A stretch of DNA of 64,000 nt from Ginglymostoma cirratum. Lineage: Eukaryota. Below are positions 10,333-23,245 of this stretch, in pieces (the stretch's first letter is position 1; each line of letters begins with the position of its first letter). The DNA lies in assembly GCA_024137785.1 (NCBI GenBank), contig JAHRHZ010000289.1, positions 15,681,146 to 15,745,145 of the forward strand. Direction: 5' to 3'. The notes beneath the pieces are model-generated. The model saw only the letters and a program-made list of their open reading frames with translations, ran no database searches and was not told the origin of the DNA. Made by a program: the position numbers and the translations under genes.

Positions 10333-12800
10333 CGTTGTGGAACCAACCAGGGAGCAGGCTACTCTAGAATTGGTATTGTATAATGAGGAGAGATTAATTT
10401 ACATCACAGTTAAGAATCCTCTAGGGAGTAGTGACCATTAGTATAACAGAATTCAAAATTCAGTTTGGGGATGAGACCGTGCAGTCCCACAGTAGTGTTC
10501 TGGAATTAAATAAAGGAAATTACATAGGCATGAGGACAGATTTGGCCTGAATAGATTGGGCAGGAAGGCTAAAAGGTAAGGCAGTGGTAGTTGTTTAAAG
10601 AGCTACTCAACTCCTCCCAACTAAAATGTATCCCAGTGAGGAAGAAAGATGGTAAGGTGGGTTTAAAAAAAAAAAAAAATCCATGGCTAAACAACCAGGT
10701 CAAATTCACCTTACAAAAATATAAAGTCAAAAACTGAGTACGCCGTATTGCAAAGGCCAGTGGCAGGCTGGAGGATTGGGAAATTTTCAAACATAAAGGG
10801 ATACTAAAAAAAATTTATAAAAAGAGCTAAGGTAAATTGCAAAAGAAAACTAGCATAAAATATCAAAAAGGATAGCAAAGATTTCTATAGGTATGTAAAC
10901 GGTAAGAAAGTTGCTAAGGTGAATGTTGCTCCCTTGGAAGATGAAACCGGAGAGTTAATAGTGGGGAACACTGAAATAGCAGAGATGCTAAATTAATGCT
11001 TTGTCTCACTTTTCACGGTAGAGGACAAGTGTACCATTCCTACTAGAAAATGCAAGTCAGAGGTAATAGAAAGGATAGCGATGTTGACTGTTCTAAGTTC
11101 TACGGAAAAGGTACTCAGCAAGTTGTTGGGATTGAGGCCAGACAAGTCCCCTGTGTCTGATGGCCTACACTCTAGGGTATTAAAGAAAGTGGTGGCGGAG
11201 ATGGTGGATCCATTGGTTACGATATCCCAAAATTCCCCGGACACAAGAAAAGTTCCAGTGGATTGGAAAAATGCCAATGTAATGCCCTTATTGCCTCCCT
11301 CCCTTTTTGAATATGTGGGAAATTACAGACAAGTTAGTTTTAAGATCGGTTGTTGGCCAAGTGTTAGAATAAATTATTTAAGGAAGAAGTATTGGGACAT
11401 TTAGAAAGTCAAATTGCTATCCATCAGAGTCAGCATGGTTTTATGAAGGGCAAATCATGTTTGACGAATTTGCTAGAGTTCTTCAAAGATGTTTCAAGCA
11501 AAGTGGATAATGGGGGTCCCGCAGATGTAATATATCTGGACCTCTGGAAGGTGTTTGATAAGATGCTGCACAAAAGTTTAATTCACAAGGTTGGATCATA
11601 TGTTCTGTTCACTGGACCCAAAAGGTTAACTATGTTTATTCCTTCACGGATGCTGCCAGACTTGCTGGGCTTTTCCAGCAGCTTTGTTTTTGTTCTTAAA
11701 TTATCCCTAATCCCATATGATTTATTAGCTTGGGTAGGTGACTGGCTGATGGACAGAGTTGGGATAAATGTTTTATTTTCTGGATGACGAGTAGTAACTA
11801 CTGGGGTGCGACAGGGTTTTGTCTTGGACCCCAGCTATTTACAAACTACATTAACGATTTAGATACAGGGATAGAAGGCTCCGTAGCCAAATTTCCAGAC
11901 ACAAAAACAGGCGGGACAGTAAATTGCGATGAGGAAATAAGAATCTTACATATGGATATAGATAGGATAAGTGAGAGAGCCAAAATGTGGCAGATGGAGT
12001 TTAACTTAGATACATGTGACGTCATGCATTTTGGTTGGAAAAATGGGAAGGTGACATATTATCTAAATGGGGACTGACTTCAGGGTGCTCTGGTGCAGAG
12101 GGATCTGGGTGTCTTCATTCATGAGTCAGTGAAAACCAGCGTGCAGGTCCAGCAGATAATAAAGAGAGTGAATGAAATGTTGGCATTTATAGCTAAAGGA
12201 ATAGAATGTAAAGGTAAGGAAGTATTGTTGCAACTAAACAAGGCATTGGTGAGACTGCACCTGGAGTACTGTACAGTATTTTAGTCCCCTTTATTTGAGG
12301 AAGGATGTAGTAGCATTAAAGGTAGTTCAGAGGAGGTTCACCAGATTGATCTCAGAGATAACGTGTATGAAGTAGGAAGAGATTGAATGGTTTAGGCCTA
12401 TACTCTGAAATTTAGAAGAATGAGGGGAGATCAAATTGAGGTATTCAAGGCGATAAAAGGTATGGATAAAATTATTGTGGAGCAGATGCTTCATGTTGTC
12501 GGGGATTCGAGGACAAGAGGTCACAGACTTAGGAAAAGGGGTCGCAAATTTAAAACTGAGTTGAGAAACTACAACTCCTAAAGTGTTGTGAATCTGTGGA
12601 ATTTGCTGCCCCAAAGTGCAGCGGATGCTGGGACAGTGAGTAAATTTAAGGAGAAGTTAGACAAATTTTTTCAACTGATAATGGGTTGAAGGGCTATGGG
12701 GGGGTTGGGGGGGGGAGTAGTATATCAGCCATTATCGAATGGCGGAGCAGACTTCGATGGGCCAAATGGCCTAATTCTGTCCCCATATCTTATGAACTTA
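10333..12800 (+). mobile_element. 5'-truncated CR1 LINE, frameshifted ORF2 (end of endonuclease, RT, 3' tail)
   Basis: PLGSSDH, KSPVSDGLHSRVLKK, DWKNANVMPL, SQHGFMKGKSCLTNLLEFF, GPQLFTNYINDL, RDLGV, LVRLHLEYC. Confidence 0.92.
11603..11695 (+). mobile_element. Short Penelope/MER6-like insertion inside the CR1 RT
   Basis: actggacccaaaaggttaact...gatgctgccagacttgctgggcttttccagcagctttgtttttg interrupts the RT frame. Confidence 0.6.
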
Positions 12801-12849
12801 AGTTCAAAGGACTGAATGACCTACTCCTGTTCCTATTTTCTGTTTGTTT

Positions 12850-13040
12850 CCTAAATTCATCAAATTCACCTTACAATCTCTAGTTACATGATCACCACCA
12901 CTAACGCTAGTTTTGTAATCCATGCTTTTTTAATAAACTGAATTTGATTTCCATAGTTGCTGTGGTGACATATGATTTTGTCTCCAACTCATTAGTCTAA
13001 ACCTGTGAATGAATAGTTCAGTCACACAAATCTGCTACTG
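12850..13040 (-). mobile_element. tRNA-derived head of the family-A element split by the CR1 insertions
   Basis: Reverse complement resembles the 28590-28760 head (gaaatcaaattcagt...aaactagcgttagtggtggtgatcatgtaact). Confidence 0.5.
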
Positions 13041-16000
13041 TTTGTATTCTCGTAGTATTTTTGGTAAGAATCAAAAGCACTAATCCTATTGGTACCTTTC
13101 TGACAGAATCAACTAAACAGCTAAACTGCGTAAGCAAAATATAAAATTCCCAGTAATAAATGAAATAGGATATATTGAAACAAAAAATGGTCAATATTTT
13201 TCAACTTGTTAATGATGTTAACTTGGTAAATTTGAAACTACTGAATGGCTCTTAACTGTGAACCTAGTTATCGAAGTGTAATCCAGTTTTAAAAATGTAA
13301 TCTGAAATATAATTTTCTCATTTTTAAACAGTAAAATAAGTTAACCTTTCTTAAACGATACTTGCTTGCCAATTTCCTATTTCCCCTCCATATGCTAACC
13401 CTGTAGGTATAGTTCATTGCTCAGTTACTCTTTCCTGTTGTTAGGTTACTTGTCAGGGAAACCTTATGTAATTTTTAACCCAGCACATATACCTACACGC
13501 GTATGCATGTCCTGAAGCGGTGTATCTCTAGTTATCACTATTAAGAACCTTGATTGATTCCTGTGTCCCCCCCATAGCAATGTTTAACTTAATTGTGACA
13601 CCACCTTACCAACCTGGCTGTTAATGACTAACTTAAAACTGTAGTAATGAGAGCTGGGAATAATGACCACTGTGCTTCCGGTACTTGTGGGATAGATTCA
13701 CTGTGCCATCACGATGGCCTCCTCGAGAAATACCCCCGAGTAGATACCAATAATGTTTGCTTCAGTTTAAGTGGTTATCTTAACAGACTGCATCGACAGC
13801 ATTTGTTTTAACAAATGCACATTCCACCTCCATTCTGTGAAATCAGATTAATTTTGTCTTGTAGCTGAAAATGTCAGAAATTGAAGCAATATCAGATCTG
13901 GAAATGTGTCCACCCATTTGTGGTGAAAGGGTTTCTTTTACTCTGTTCTCGTGACATCCGCAGGTATTATTTTACCTGACGACAGGTTTGCACTTGAAAC
14001 TGCTCATGGAAAATGGAGGAATTTTTATTATTGATGTCCTTCTGAGATTGTTTGCAAATAATGGTGTCAATTTTAGAGTAGAAACAAAAGCTTAAATCTT
14101 AATTTTCCAGTATGTTCCAAAGCTAAAAATGCAGTTCTGAATCTTCTGTCTTCCCAGTAATATTACTAGATCTGAAATTCCTTTGCCTTGTGATTACAGG
14201 GTTTGCTTGCAGTTGGTATTTTTTTTAAAATCCAAATAGGCTTTGTGGTGTTTTAGCTGGAAATTTCATCAATTTTGCTTGCACCTGCTTAAAACTACTC
14301 AGTCCAATTCTTCTGAACAGAAAATGTTTGTGTGTTCCTTTATTGCATGCAAATATTATTAAATTCTGTTGTACTAAAGTATTTTCTTTTTGCACAAGCA
14401 GTACATGAGGTAGTTTCGAATAATTTGGGCATTTGTGTTTTTCTTTGCACTCGTGCATTTTGGGTGGGATTGTCCTCTCTTTCAGAGACGTGTATCATCC
14501 TGAATGCCCCTTTCAGTATATGAGCACGTGTTACCTGCCTTCTAAACTGTTTGAATTGTCAGGTGTTTGGGAAGCTTTTTTTATAGCAGTTGAAAGTCAG
14601 AAGTCGCATTGTGTTGTAAAGCTGGGTGGAGCTACCTTACCACTTGGGATTCAGCAGGTTGCCAATCTTAGTTTCTGATCCTCTGACTTAGCAAGTGGTA
14701 TTTGAACTGGGCTGCTTATTGGTTTGTCGTAGGAAAGCTGAATAACTGAACTTTGTAGAATTTGCAATGCAGTTGAGTTATGATAGTTCTGCTTTAAACA
14801 AGTGATTAAATAAATTGTTGCCTTGATGAAATTATTAATTTTATACCACAGTTTGCTCTACCCTTCTGGATTTGTAGCCCATAACTATTCTTGGTATTAA
14901 CAGTAGATTTAAAGCATTACCTAGGACTACATGTTCAATTTGATTGATTAGCTAGGTAGCAAAAGCAGCATTATTTACTTAAGGAAATAACATCACTGTG
15001 CGTTTTTTTTTTCCAAATTACTCTATCCCAAGTTAACCAATATATTTGCTATAGTTGCATTTGTGTAATGGTGTTCTTCCAGAAGAAGTAGTGAGATAGA
15101 GGCCAAAAAGATCTGTTTAGAGACTGATATCTCAATCTAATTTGTACTTGATTCTTGGCCTATACACTTACTTTTTTTTGCGTATTGGGCCCTTGCCTTC
15201 TGCTGTTTCAGCTCTGTCCTGGAAAACTTCATAATTCCACTATCTATCTATTTTCCAAAAATTTTAACAAAACACTACTTTTTAGCCAAGTATTACATCA
15301 CCCTTCCTAAGATACCCATCTTTATTTGACTTCTGTGATTACCTGTTTGAGGTGCTTTGAACATCCTTCTGCACTTAAATTTTTCACGGCAACTTGTTAT
15401 GCGATGAATGAGGCAGAGTTATCTTGTTGGCTGTAAGGTGTTTGAGATGCTCTCAGTGAAAAGATTTAACTGCTGGTGTGGAATTTTCTTGTGCAGGGCC
15501 CTGGATCCTGGTGCTTCTCCTTTTCCTGCATCCTCACTTTCATTGCAGTGCTTTGACCCTGTTCAATTGTCATGTTAATTTGCCCCCCGTTGAAGATTCA
15601 CCCATTTTCTACAATTTAAACTCTTCACGTTCAATCGTGGCCTCCATATGTTTGCAGTCTTCTTCTTCTTTCAGTAGTGATATTCCATTGTGGCTCAGAG
15701 TTTGAGAACAAATTAGTATGCTGCAAGAATCTTTTTCAAAAATTAAGTGTACCTAAGAAATTAATTAGACTGAAAATTCATGGAATGTAAAGAGGTAAAT
15801 TGAAACTGGGGGGAAAAACAAGAGTTTAGGTTTAAGGCCAACTTTTTCATATTTCTGAGGCCACACGCCATCAACCCCTTTGCCAATAAGGTGTCTGGCA
15901 TACTTTGCATCAAAAGTACACGCTTGTGCGATAGACTCCAGCTAAGAACTGCTGTAACATCCAAATGTTCAATTATGCCCCTCAGCACCTGGTTCTTTCG

Positions 16001-16108
16001 GTTTGTGCATCTTAAGTGCAACAAATTAAGTGTCAGAATTTCCCACAAAACATTGATTAGAAAAATACTTCAGTAGCTTAATGCTTAAAAACCTACAAGA
16101 AAAGCAAG

Positions 16109-16281
16109 AGATAACAAGGTGTAGAGCTGGATGAACACAGCAGGCCGAGCAGGAAAGCTGATGTTTTGGGTCTGGACCCGAAACGTCAGCTTTCCTGCTC
16201 CTCTGACCCTGCTTGGCCGGCTGTGTTCGTCCGGTTCTACACCTTATCTCAGATTCTCCAGTATTGGCAAATCCTACTATC
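16109..16281. mobile_element. Palindromic Penelope/MER6-like short element with 13-bp TSD
   Basis: Inverted arms centred at 16173-16174; CAAGAAAAGCAAG at 16096-16108 and 16282-16294. Confidence 0.85.
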
Positions 16282-17439
16282 CAAGAAAAGCAAGGTTGCT
16301 TATACTTGGAAAATGTACAAAGAAGTTTAAACATAAGGATTTAAAAAGTAATAACTATAATCATCAAGGAGCCCAACTAAAGAACTGCATTACTTCTGGG
16401 AAAATAACCTGCACAATTGATGTGCTTAAGACTTCTTTTGAAAAAGAATGCCTTTCTGTCTCTGAACTTCTACTCGAGTTTAGGATTATCTGTAAAATGT
16501 CCTTATCAATAGCATCCTGTATTATTGCCAAGAATTGCTCCCCAAAATTCATTGTCTTCAGGCTAAATGCACTATATTCGGCTGCATAACCGTATGCCCA
16601 CTACGTAAGGTAGACTTGCTATTTATGGTGCTCTTGATGTGCAAATCTAACCATGTAACCATGGTAAACTGTGTTGCATAAGCCCATTTGGCTTTGGAAT
16701 TTTCAGGCACAAACATCACATAGAAATAATAGATTCTTTCAAAATGAGCAGTGTTGTTGCAGGCAGGTTAACAGGGAGAATGCCTTGTCACATTAATGGT
16801 TAATAAAGATGAATTTGTTTCCCCTTTGTGTGGAATCCAAAAAGCAAGGTATGTATTGCTATATTGTGGCTTGTTTTTTTTTGTAGGCCACAAGCAATGG
16901 ATAACCAGCTTCAGTTGTAGGGAAATGGATGACTTCTATTCACTAAGCATCTTTTCGCGGCATAGGTTTCATGGGAGCTCCTGAGGAATTTAAGTATGTT
17001 CTATTCAGTTGGTTCTTTGAACTATAGGCGTTTTGAATACTTTTAGTTTGGAACTAAATTGTTCTGTTTAAATTCTCAATGAGTGTGTAACGAGCATCCT
17101 AGTAATGTGTAAAATGATTGTTAAATTGCTATTTAATCCTTAAATCCTTTGTCTTGAAATTGTCAGAAGTCACATGGATTTTAAACTTTTACCAACACGT
17201 TTTTCCAAAACAGTTGCCAATACGAAGGTAAATATTTTATGCAGTGTCATCTTTAGTTTTTTGGAACACTTTGACAATCGCTCAAAATTAGATTGTGAAG
17301 AGCAAAGCTTAAAATTGTAGATGCAATTTAATTTGGTGCCCTTTGAACAGTCTAATTTTTTTGGATAAATGTATTACAATTTGTCATACCACCCCTTCCT
17401 TGAGCTGTTCACTTGTTTGCTAGCAGTTGAAGTTATTGT

Positions 17440-17705
17440 AAGGAGAATGGACTATAAAATTTAGGTGAGTTTAGTTAAGCTTGTACACTTTGGTCAGACT
17501 ACAGCTGCAAGACTTGTGTGCACCTTTGGTCTCTTGGTATAAATGTGCTAGAAGCTGTTCAGAGAAAGGTATTTGTCGGATTCCTGAGCTGAAGGGGTTA
17601 CCTTGTGAGGAATGGTTAGACAAATTGTGTGTGTATCCTATCGAGTTTAGAGGGATGAGAGAGAATCTAATTGTAAAATACAGTACCCTGAAGGGGCTTG
17701 AAGTA
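17440..17705 (+). mobile_element. Degraded CR1 C-terminal fragment, interrupted by a SINE
   Basis: LYTLVRLQLQ...IPELKGLPCEEWLDKL...EFRGMRENLI. Confidence 0.65.
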
Positions 17706-17706
17706 T

Positions 17707-18013
17707 GGGGAGATGATGGCCTAGTGGTATTATCGCTGGACTGTTAATCTGGAGATCCAGATAATGTTCTGGGGACGACATCTGGAATTAAGGATCTAAG
17801 GATGACCGTGAATCCATTGTCGACCGTCAGAAAAACTTGTCTGGTTCACTTATGTCCTTCGGAGAGGGAAGCTGCCATCCTTACCTGGCCTGGCCTACAT
17901 GTGACTCCAGACCCACAGCAATGTGGTTGACTCTGAACTGCCCTCTGGGCAATTAAGATGGGCAATAAATGCTGCCTAGCCAGTGACACCCTCATCCTGT
18001 GAATGAATTTTAA
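17707..18013 (+). mobile_element. tRNA-derived SINE (short form of family A)
   Basis: A-box TGGCCTAGTGG; core ctggttcact...ggcctacatgtgactccagacccacagcaatgtggttgactc; tail gggcaataaatgctg...gaatgaat. Confidence 0.85.
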
Positions 18014-18289
18014 GAAAAAGTTTCTTCTTATTACAGAAGCTAGGATTAGTAGGTAAGGATTTTAAAAGTAAGGTGTTTCTCACATGAGGCAAATGAAAAT
18101 ATTTTGTCATTTGGCTATAGAATTTACTTCCCCAGAGGCATATCAAATGTCTTCGAATACCCATGGTAAAACCCAAACTACACTTTAATGAGGAGATTAC
18201 TGTTGAGGTATGTGCTGCTTGTAGCATAGTTGACACCTTTTGTCAGGTGGTTGTTGTTTAAGAATAGACTGGTGTGATATTTGTCCAAA

Positions 18290-19520
18290 TTAGATCTGCC
18301 CTCTCTTTGTGAAAAAGTCATTACCAAGTAATCTTCTGCTTTCTCTGGTAGATGGTAGTGTAGTTATGCTGGGAAATTGATGAGGGACATGGCTGGTTCT
18401 GGAATATAAATTTTCAGCATAACTAATTTTGTCAGGGCCCATAACCATTCTTGTATCCAATATTGTTTTTCTCGTATTGTTTGAGCAGGTTGGCAACTCA
18501 TAAGTGTGCCTGGGAGTATTCCTGGTATGCACATCACTCATTGAACCAGACTGGTTGCCTGGCTTGATGGTTAGGAAAAATTGAACCATGAGGTTAGAGA
18601 TTATGTTGGAATGCAGGTCTGCTTTTGCTGATGGTTCATAGTGCCTTGTGAATGCCATGCTTTGAGCTGCTCAACCTTTTCTGGAATCCATTGCGATCAG
18701 CTCAGCAATAGCGTCAAACAGCATGTTGGACAGCCTCTACAGTGTGAAGGTGCCATCTTCCTCTTTAAGAGGACAGTGTGGTAGTTGCTGTCACCAACAT
18801 TTTCATGGGTATGTGCATTTGCAACTAGTAAATCGTGGCCGAGGTCAAGTAGATTTCTTTCTCGGGTTGGTTTTTAACCATCTAACAACGGTTCAGCAGT
18901 GTTTTTCAGGACTGAGTCAAGTTGGTGAGTGGGTTGTGATATTGAACCACTCTTGTTAATGGACCTTGGAATCCTTGATGTGCTCAGTGCTGCTTGTGGT
19001 AGTGCTCGCTGTAGAAGAATACGGCTTCATCACCAAGGGAGGGCTGTAGGTGGTAAGCAATAGGCTTCCTTGTCAATGTTTGACTTGATTTTATTGGACT
19101 TCATCAAACTCCGAATCGATGCCAGGTTCCGCTTTCCTTACTGTTGCCACTTCTGGTAGCTCTATATACCTGTAGTCGTTGATGGGGGAACCTGGAATGT
19201 TGGCAGAAAGATATGATTCTGTTAATGATTTGTGTTGGGCTGTTGCTTAACTAAGCAGTCAACTATCTCTCCTAATGTTGGCACAATTCCTTGATGTTAA
19301 ACGGACTTGGCAGGGCATACTGGGTTGAATGTGCCTTGTTCAGAAGTTGATCCTGAGCAATCGTAAGCTTTTATTTCTTAGATTTTAACATAAAAATGAA
19401 TTGTTTGGGCTGTTTCCAAGGGCATTTGATAGTCAACCACATTACTTTGGTCTTAGAATAGCTTATAGGCCATAATGAATAGGCACAGCTGATTTGCTTT
19501 CCAGAAAGGGTGCATGAACT
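18290..19520 (-). mobile_element. Family-A element, internally deleted (core, endonuclease, start of RT)
   Basis: Core gtcaaccacattactttggtct at about 19430; minus strand NIK.IVPTLGEI, KPGNQ, MVMGPDKI. Confidence 0.65.
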
Positions 19521-22500
19521 CGTGACATGTGTTGGTTGGACTGCAGTGCACTAGAGTACTAGTGATCAGCTGGTTAGGCTAAAGGAACTGAAAGGGATCA
19601 GTGGATAAGCTTCCAGAGATTATGGGCTATAATTCTTCACATTACTGTATATGTGCCTGCAGGTTGAATTCCTCTTGGATAGAGATCCATGCTTGTTTCC
19701 ATCTTGACTTTTGGCCTTTCATTTAATGTATTGGCCCACCAATTACTGTCTAAATAATGTTTAGGCTAAGGATGATTGCCTTAATCAAATCGAAATGACC
19801 AGCCACTCTAGGCAATGCAGATGCAAGATGTAACAGAGGAAATGAAAAGCTGTCTGAAATGCTTTGTTCCAAAACAGGCTTTGCAAGCATAGTGGTTTGT
19901 AGTCTCGCTCCTCTTTAGATTGTAGTAAGTGGCATGAATTATGGATAATAGGTATGAAAAAATATATTACAGCAGTTTCAAATCCAAGTACCCTTTTTAA
20001 TAATGCAAAAGGTGTTAATTACTGCTAGTCAGCTTCTCTGGGCCTGAAAATGAACTACTAAAAATCTCATTTCCTTTATTTGGTTAAAATCAAAATCTGT
20101 TTCCGTCAGCCTCTTGGTTCATATGTTAGCCTAACTTCTTTAACCACTTTCTTCACTTAATGTGTCCTTCTTTATTCAGATCTGGCACTGTTCCTTTTGA
20201 CAATCCTTCAATCTCATTGGTTAAGTGACCAAGGCATACGAATATATTTTCTTAAATTCCAGATGTCCTTGAGAAGGTGCCATGTCATTTCGATCTTGCA
20301 CTTTCAGGAATGGACCAGGCCAAGTTTAACAGTTTATTGGCTGATTAAAGGAGTTTTAGACAAGTTTTTATTTTGGAATATACGTATTTTATTGTATGGA
20401 GTTATTTCCAGACAATATATATCTGAAACCAAATTTAACAAAAATTGTGTGTTTTTATGATTGGAAGCCAAATTCTGACTACGTGTGTGATGTGTGCATG
20501 TGTATTTAAGTATATTTCATTTTCCTTTTTGAAAGATGGAATTGAAACTTCATGCACACCTTTCCCAGACCATGCATTCTGGATCATAAGTGTTTTGTTT
20601 AAAATAAATCATTCATTATTCCTAGTTTTTAATTGTCAATTATTTGGAATTTGTCCTCTACTTACTAACTCTCCTACTAAAATGCTTCTTCTCATTTGCC
20701 CTGTCAATATTTTTTGTCAGTTTGAGATCTTAAGATTTGCTTCATGAAGTTCATAAAATGAAGTTTAATCCCTTTACATCATATAAAAAGAGGCTGAATG
20801 AGCCACCAGCTCAACTCAAATAGGCTTGTTGTCATTCACTAACTTACCTTTCAGTTATGTAATATCTTAACTCAGGTTTTGTAAACTCTGTTGCGCAGTT
20901 ACCTAGATGTTCTAAGTGTCTAGAAAAGCTAGACACTGCAGATGCTGAAAATCCATAATATAAGAACAACATCTGCTGAGTATTTGCCCGTATTTCTTCG
21001 AGACAGTTAGTTTCAATTTAAGGCCTTTCACCTGAACTCTAGTTTTCTTATTCTCCAAAGGAATAATTAAATTCAGAATAATTAATATCCATTATTTTAA
21101 TTTGTCATTAATTTTGACTTAGTTTCTTAATTTGATTTAAATTGGGAAAGATTGAAATTAATGCTGTAGACATTTACAATGCGAGGCAACTCTTAAAAGA
21201 ACAAATCACGTTGTCCATTGGGCATGGGTTAATACCACAAACTGGCACTAAATTAAAATGTTGTGGCATAAAATCTAAACCAGGAAGCAAAAAGAAAAAC
21301 AATATTTAATTCAAAGTGAAGTAACATACAAGTGAAATGTACAGGACAGCAGAGACAGGATTCTGAGCAAGAGAGACAAGGAAAATGATTTTTTTTTACA
21401 TTTTTCAAATAATTTGTGGGGAAAATGAGATGTAGCACTTGTAAAATTACATTTTTAGGGTCAAAGACAATAATTAAAACTTGACACCTGGCGCACTATT
21501 ACAAATTCACTTACGTTGGAATACACCAGTTTCAACATTTTTCTGCGTGTAGTGGGTAACTAGTGAGAAAGAACTGTAAATTCATGCTGAAGAAGTAGTG
21601 TAGTGCAGATTATGAAGGAGCAAATTGAGCAGCAACTTCAGGATTTTCACATTTAACTGCGTATACTTAGACGCTGACAGTTGCTCTGTAATGGTGTATG
21701 TTTTATCCCTTTTGCAAAATCTGAACCAGTATATTTGTTGAAGTTAAATGGTCTTTGCTAAGTAAGTGTATTATCTATTTCAGCAAGGCAATATTCTATT
21801 TATGCTCTTTGCTGGCAGGTTGGTGGGTTTAAAAAAAAGCACACTGGTTACCGGATGTACTCCAAAGATTTTCACACGTGGTTAAATGCCTGTGAGGAGC
21901 TGTACTGTGTTATCATATTGAAGCTCTTTTACAACATTTTGTAAAACGTATTGGCATTTTTCTTTCTGGTTTCAGGTCAAAAACTCTAGGTCTGCAGGAT
22001 AGTTTTGTGGTGCTGTAAAGTGAATCTCACTTTGCAGCAATAAGTTTTCAGTAGTAAGACATTCTGACGCTGGGAATCATCCAATTATGTCCTGAAAGTG
22101 TTTTAATATTGACAACTTAATGTCTGAAATAGTACATGGATCTGTTCTCCAGTTCTAACATCCCTTTCTTTGAGTGCAATGTTACATTTTTAAGAATACA
22201 AAACTGAATCACTTGCCTTTCTTAACAGTGGCCTTCATTCAGTATAATGCTGGAAGTAACTCTAGAAGCTCAAGAAAGAATGAGGTTCTGCATACTTGTA
22301 ACAGTTAGGGAATGTTAGTTTTGATTCTAACTAAATTATTTTATAGTTCTCAGAAAAATGTTTTTAAACACTTTTAATTAGTTGCTATGTTTTGTTTTGA
22401 AACCTTTTAATTTTTTCTACTGTATGGAGGATTATTCACTTGTTCATTAGGCTTCTAAACATTTTCAAAGGTTCTTCCAGCTTGCTAAATGTTTATTCTA

Positions 22501-22928
22501 ATTTAGTTCCAGTGCTCCTATTCTGTAAATGATGTATGTGATGTCTCTTGGAATTCTAATGTACAGTTCATATTTATTTTTCTGGCACCTATAGAAACTC
22601 TTTTTAGTTTAGCTACATTTTTGTCGAATTTGAAACGTGTACCTTTTTCATATTAAATTTGAAAGGGATGGGGAGGAGCATGAAAAAGTTGGGGTAGAAA
22701 AGCCTAATTTTGCATTTTTAATCACTTTTGGATAAACCTGTGATTTTAGTAATTTGCACTGAGGGGAGAAAATTGAAAATTTGACTTTTTCTTCCACCCC
22801 GCCCCAAGTTTAACACATTACCTTCTCTCATGATCAATAAAAAAAGTCTTCAGAAGCATTTAGAAAATGTAGCTGCTAAACCCTTAATTAGAAGTGTCAA
22901 ATTATTTTAGTTGTATCTTATTTTAAGT

Positions 22929-23088
22929 TGCATGTTTAGTATGAAACTTAGAATGGAGCTTCTGATTTTTTTTGTGGACTAACCGTATTTGTGCATGAAC
23001 TGCATTTAACGTATGGCTGTTGTGTTTGTGTCTTTGCATTTTCACCTGCAACATTCCTACTAACTGATGTGGTGAATCAAAACAAAAG
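22929..23088 (+). promoter_or_regulatory. Splicing-regulatory cluster and atypical 3' splice site of exon 3
   Basis: TGCATG at 22929 and 22992, GACTAAC at 22977, TACTAAC at 23058-23064, then purine-rich gtggtgaatcaaaacaaaag. Confidence 0.6.
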
Positions 23089-23245
23089 GAATTGGTAAAT
23101 TATCCACTGCTGATGGTAAAGCCTTCGCAGATCCTGAGGTACTCCGAAGACTGACTTCTTCTGTTAGCTGTGCGTTGGATGAAGCTGCTGCTGCCTTGAC
23201 CCGAATGAGAGCAGAGAATACTTTAAATGCAGGACAAGCAGACAA
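23089..23245 (+). CDS. ANKHD1: ANKHD1 exon 3 equivalent (157 nt)
   Basis: aaaag|GA ATT GGT...; encodes GIGKLSTADGKAFADPEVLRRLTSSVSCALDEAAAALTRMRAENTLNAGQADN; donor AA|gtaagt. Confidence 0.95.

Noticed and set aside
13871-13922. ATG-initiated phase-1 exon MSEIEAISDLEMCPPIC
   Set aside because: Donor GTG|gtgaaa is weak and there is no other support
14200-14515. Candidate 3-nt (14213-14215) and 30-nt (14486-14515) in-frame exons
   Set aside because: Weak donors (gtattt, gtatat); such pseudo-exons are expected by chance in a 23-kb AT-rich intron
19919-19924. 6-nt microexon ATTGTA|gtaagt
   Set aside because: Short pyrimidine tract, non-G at -1, and within chance expectation
1-23088. Searched for ANKHD1 exon 2 (VESFILDQ...DPETQARLEALLEAA)
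   Set aside because: No matching coding sequence found, so it is presumed upstream of the window
23054-23088. U12-type intron suggested by TTCCTACTAAC and no pyrimidine tract
   Set aside because: Not the TCCTTAAC consensus, the branch point is rather far from the AG, and no GTATCCTT donor is visible; TACTAAC fits U2
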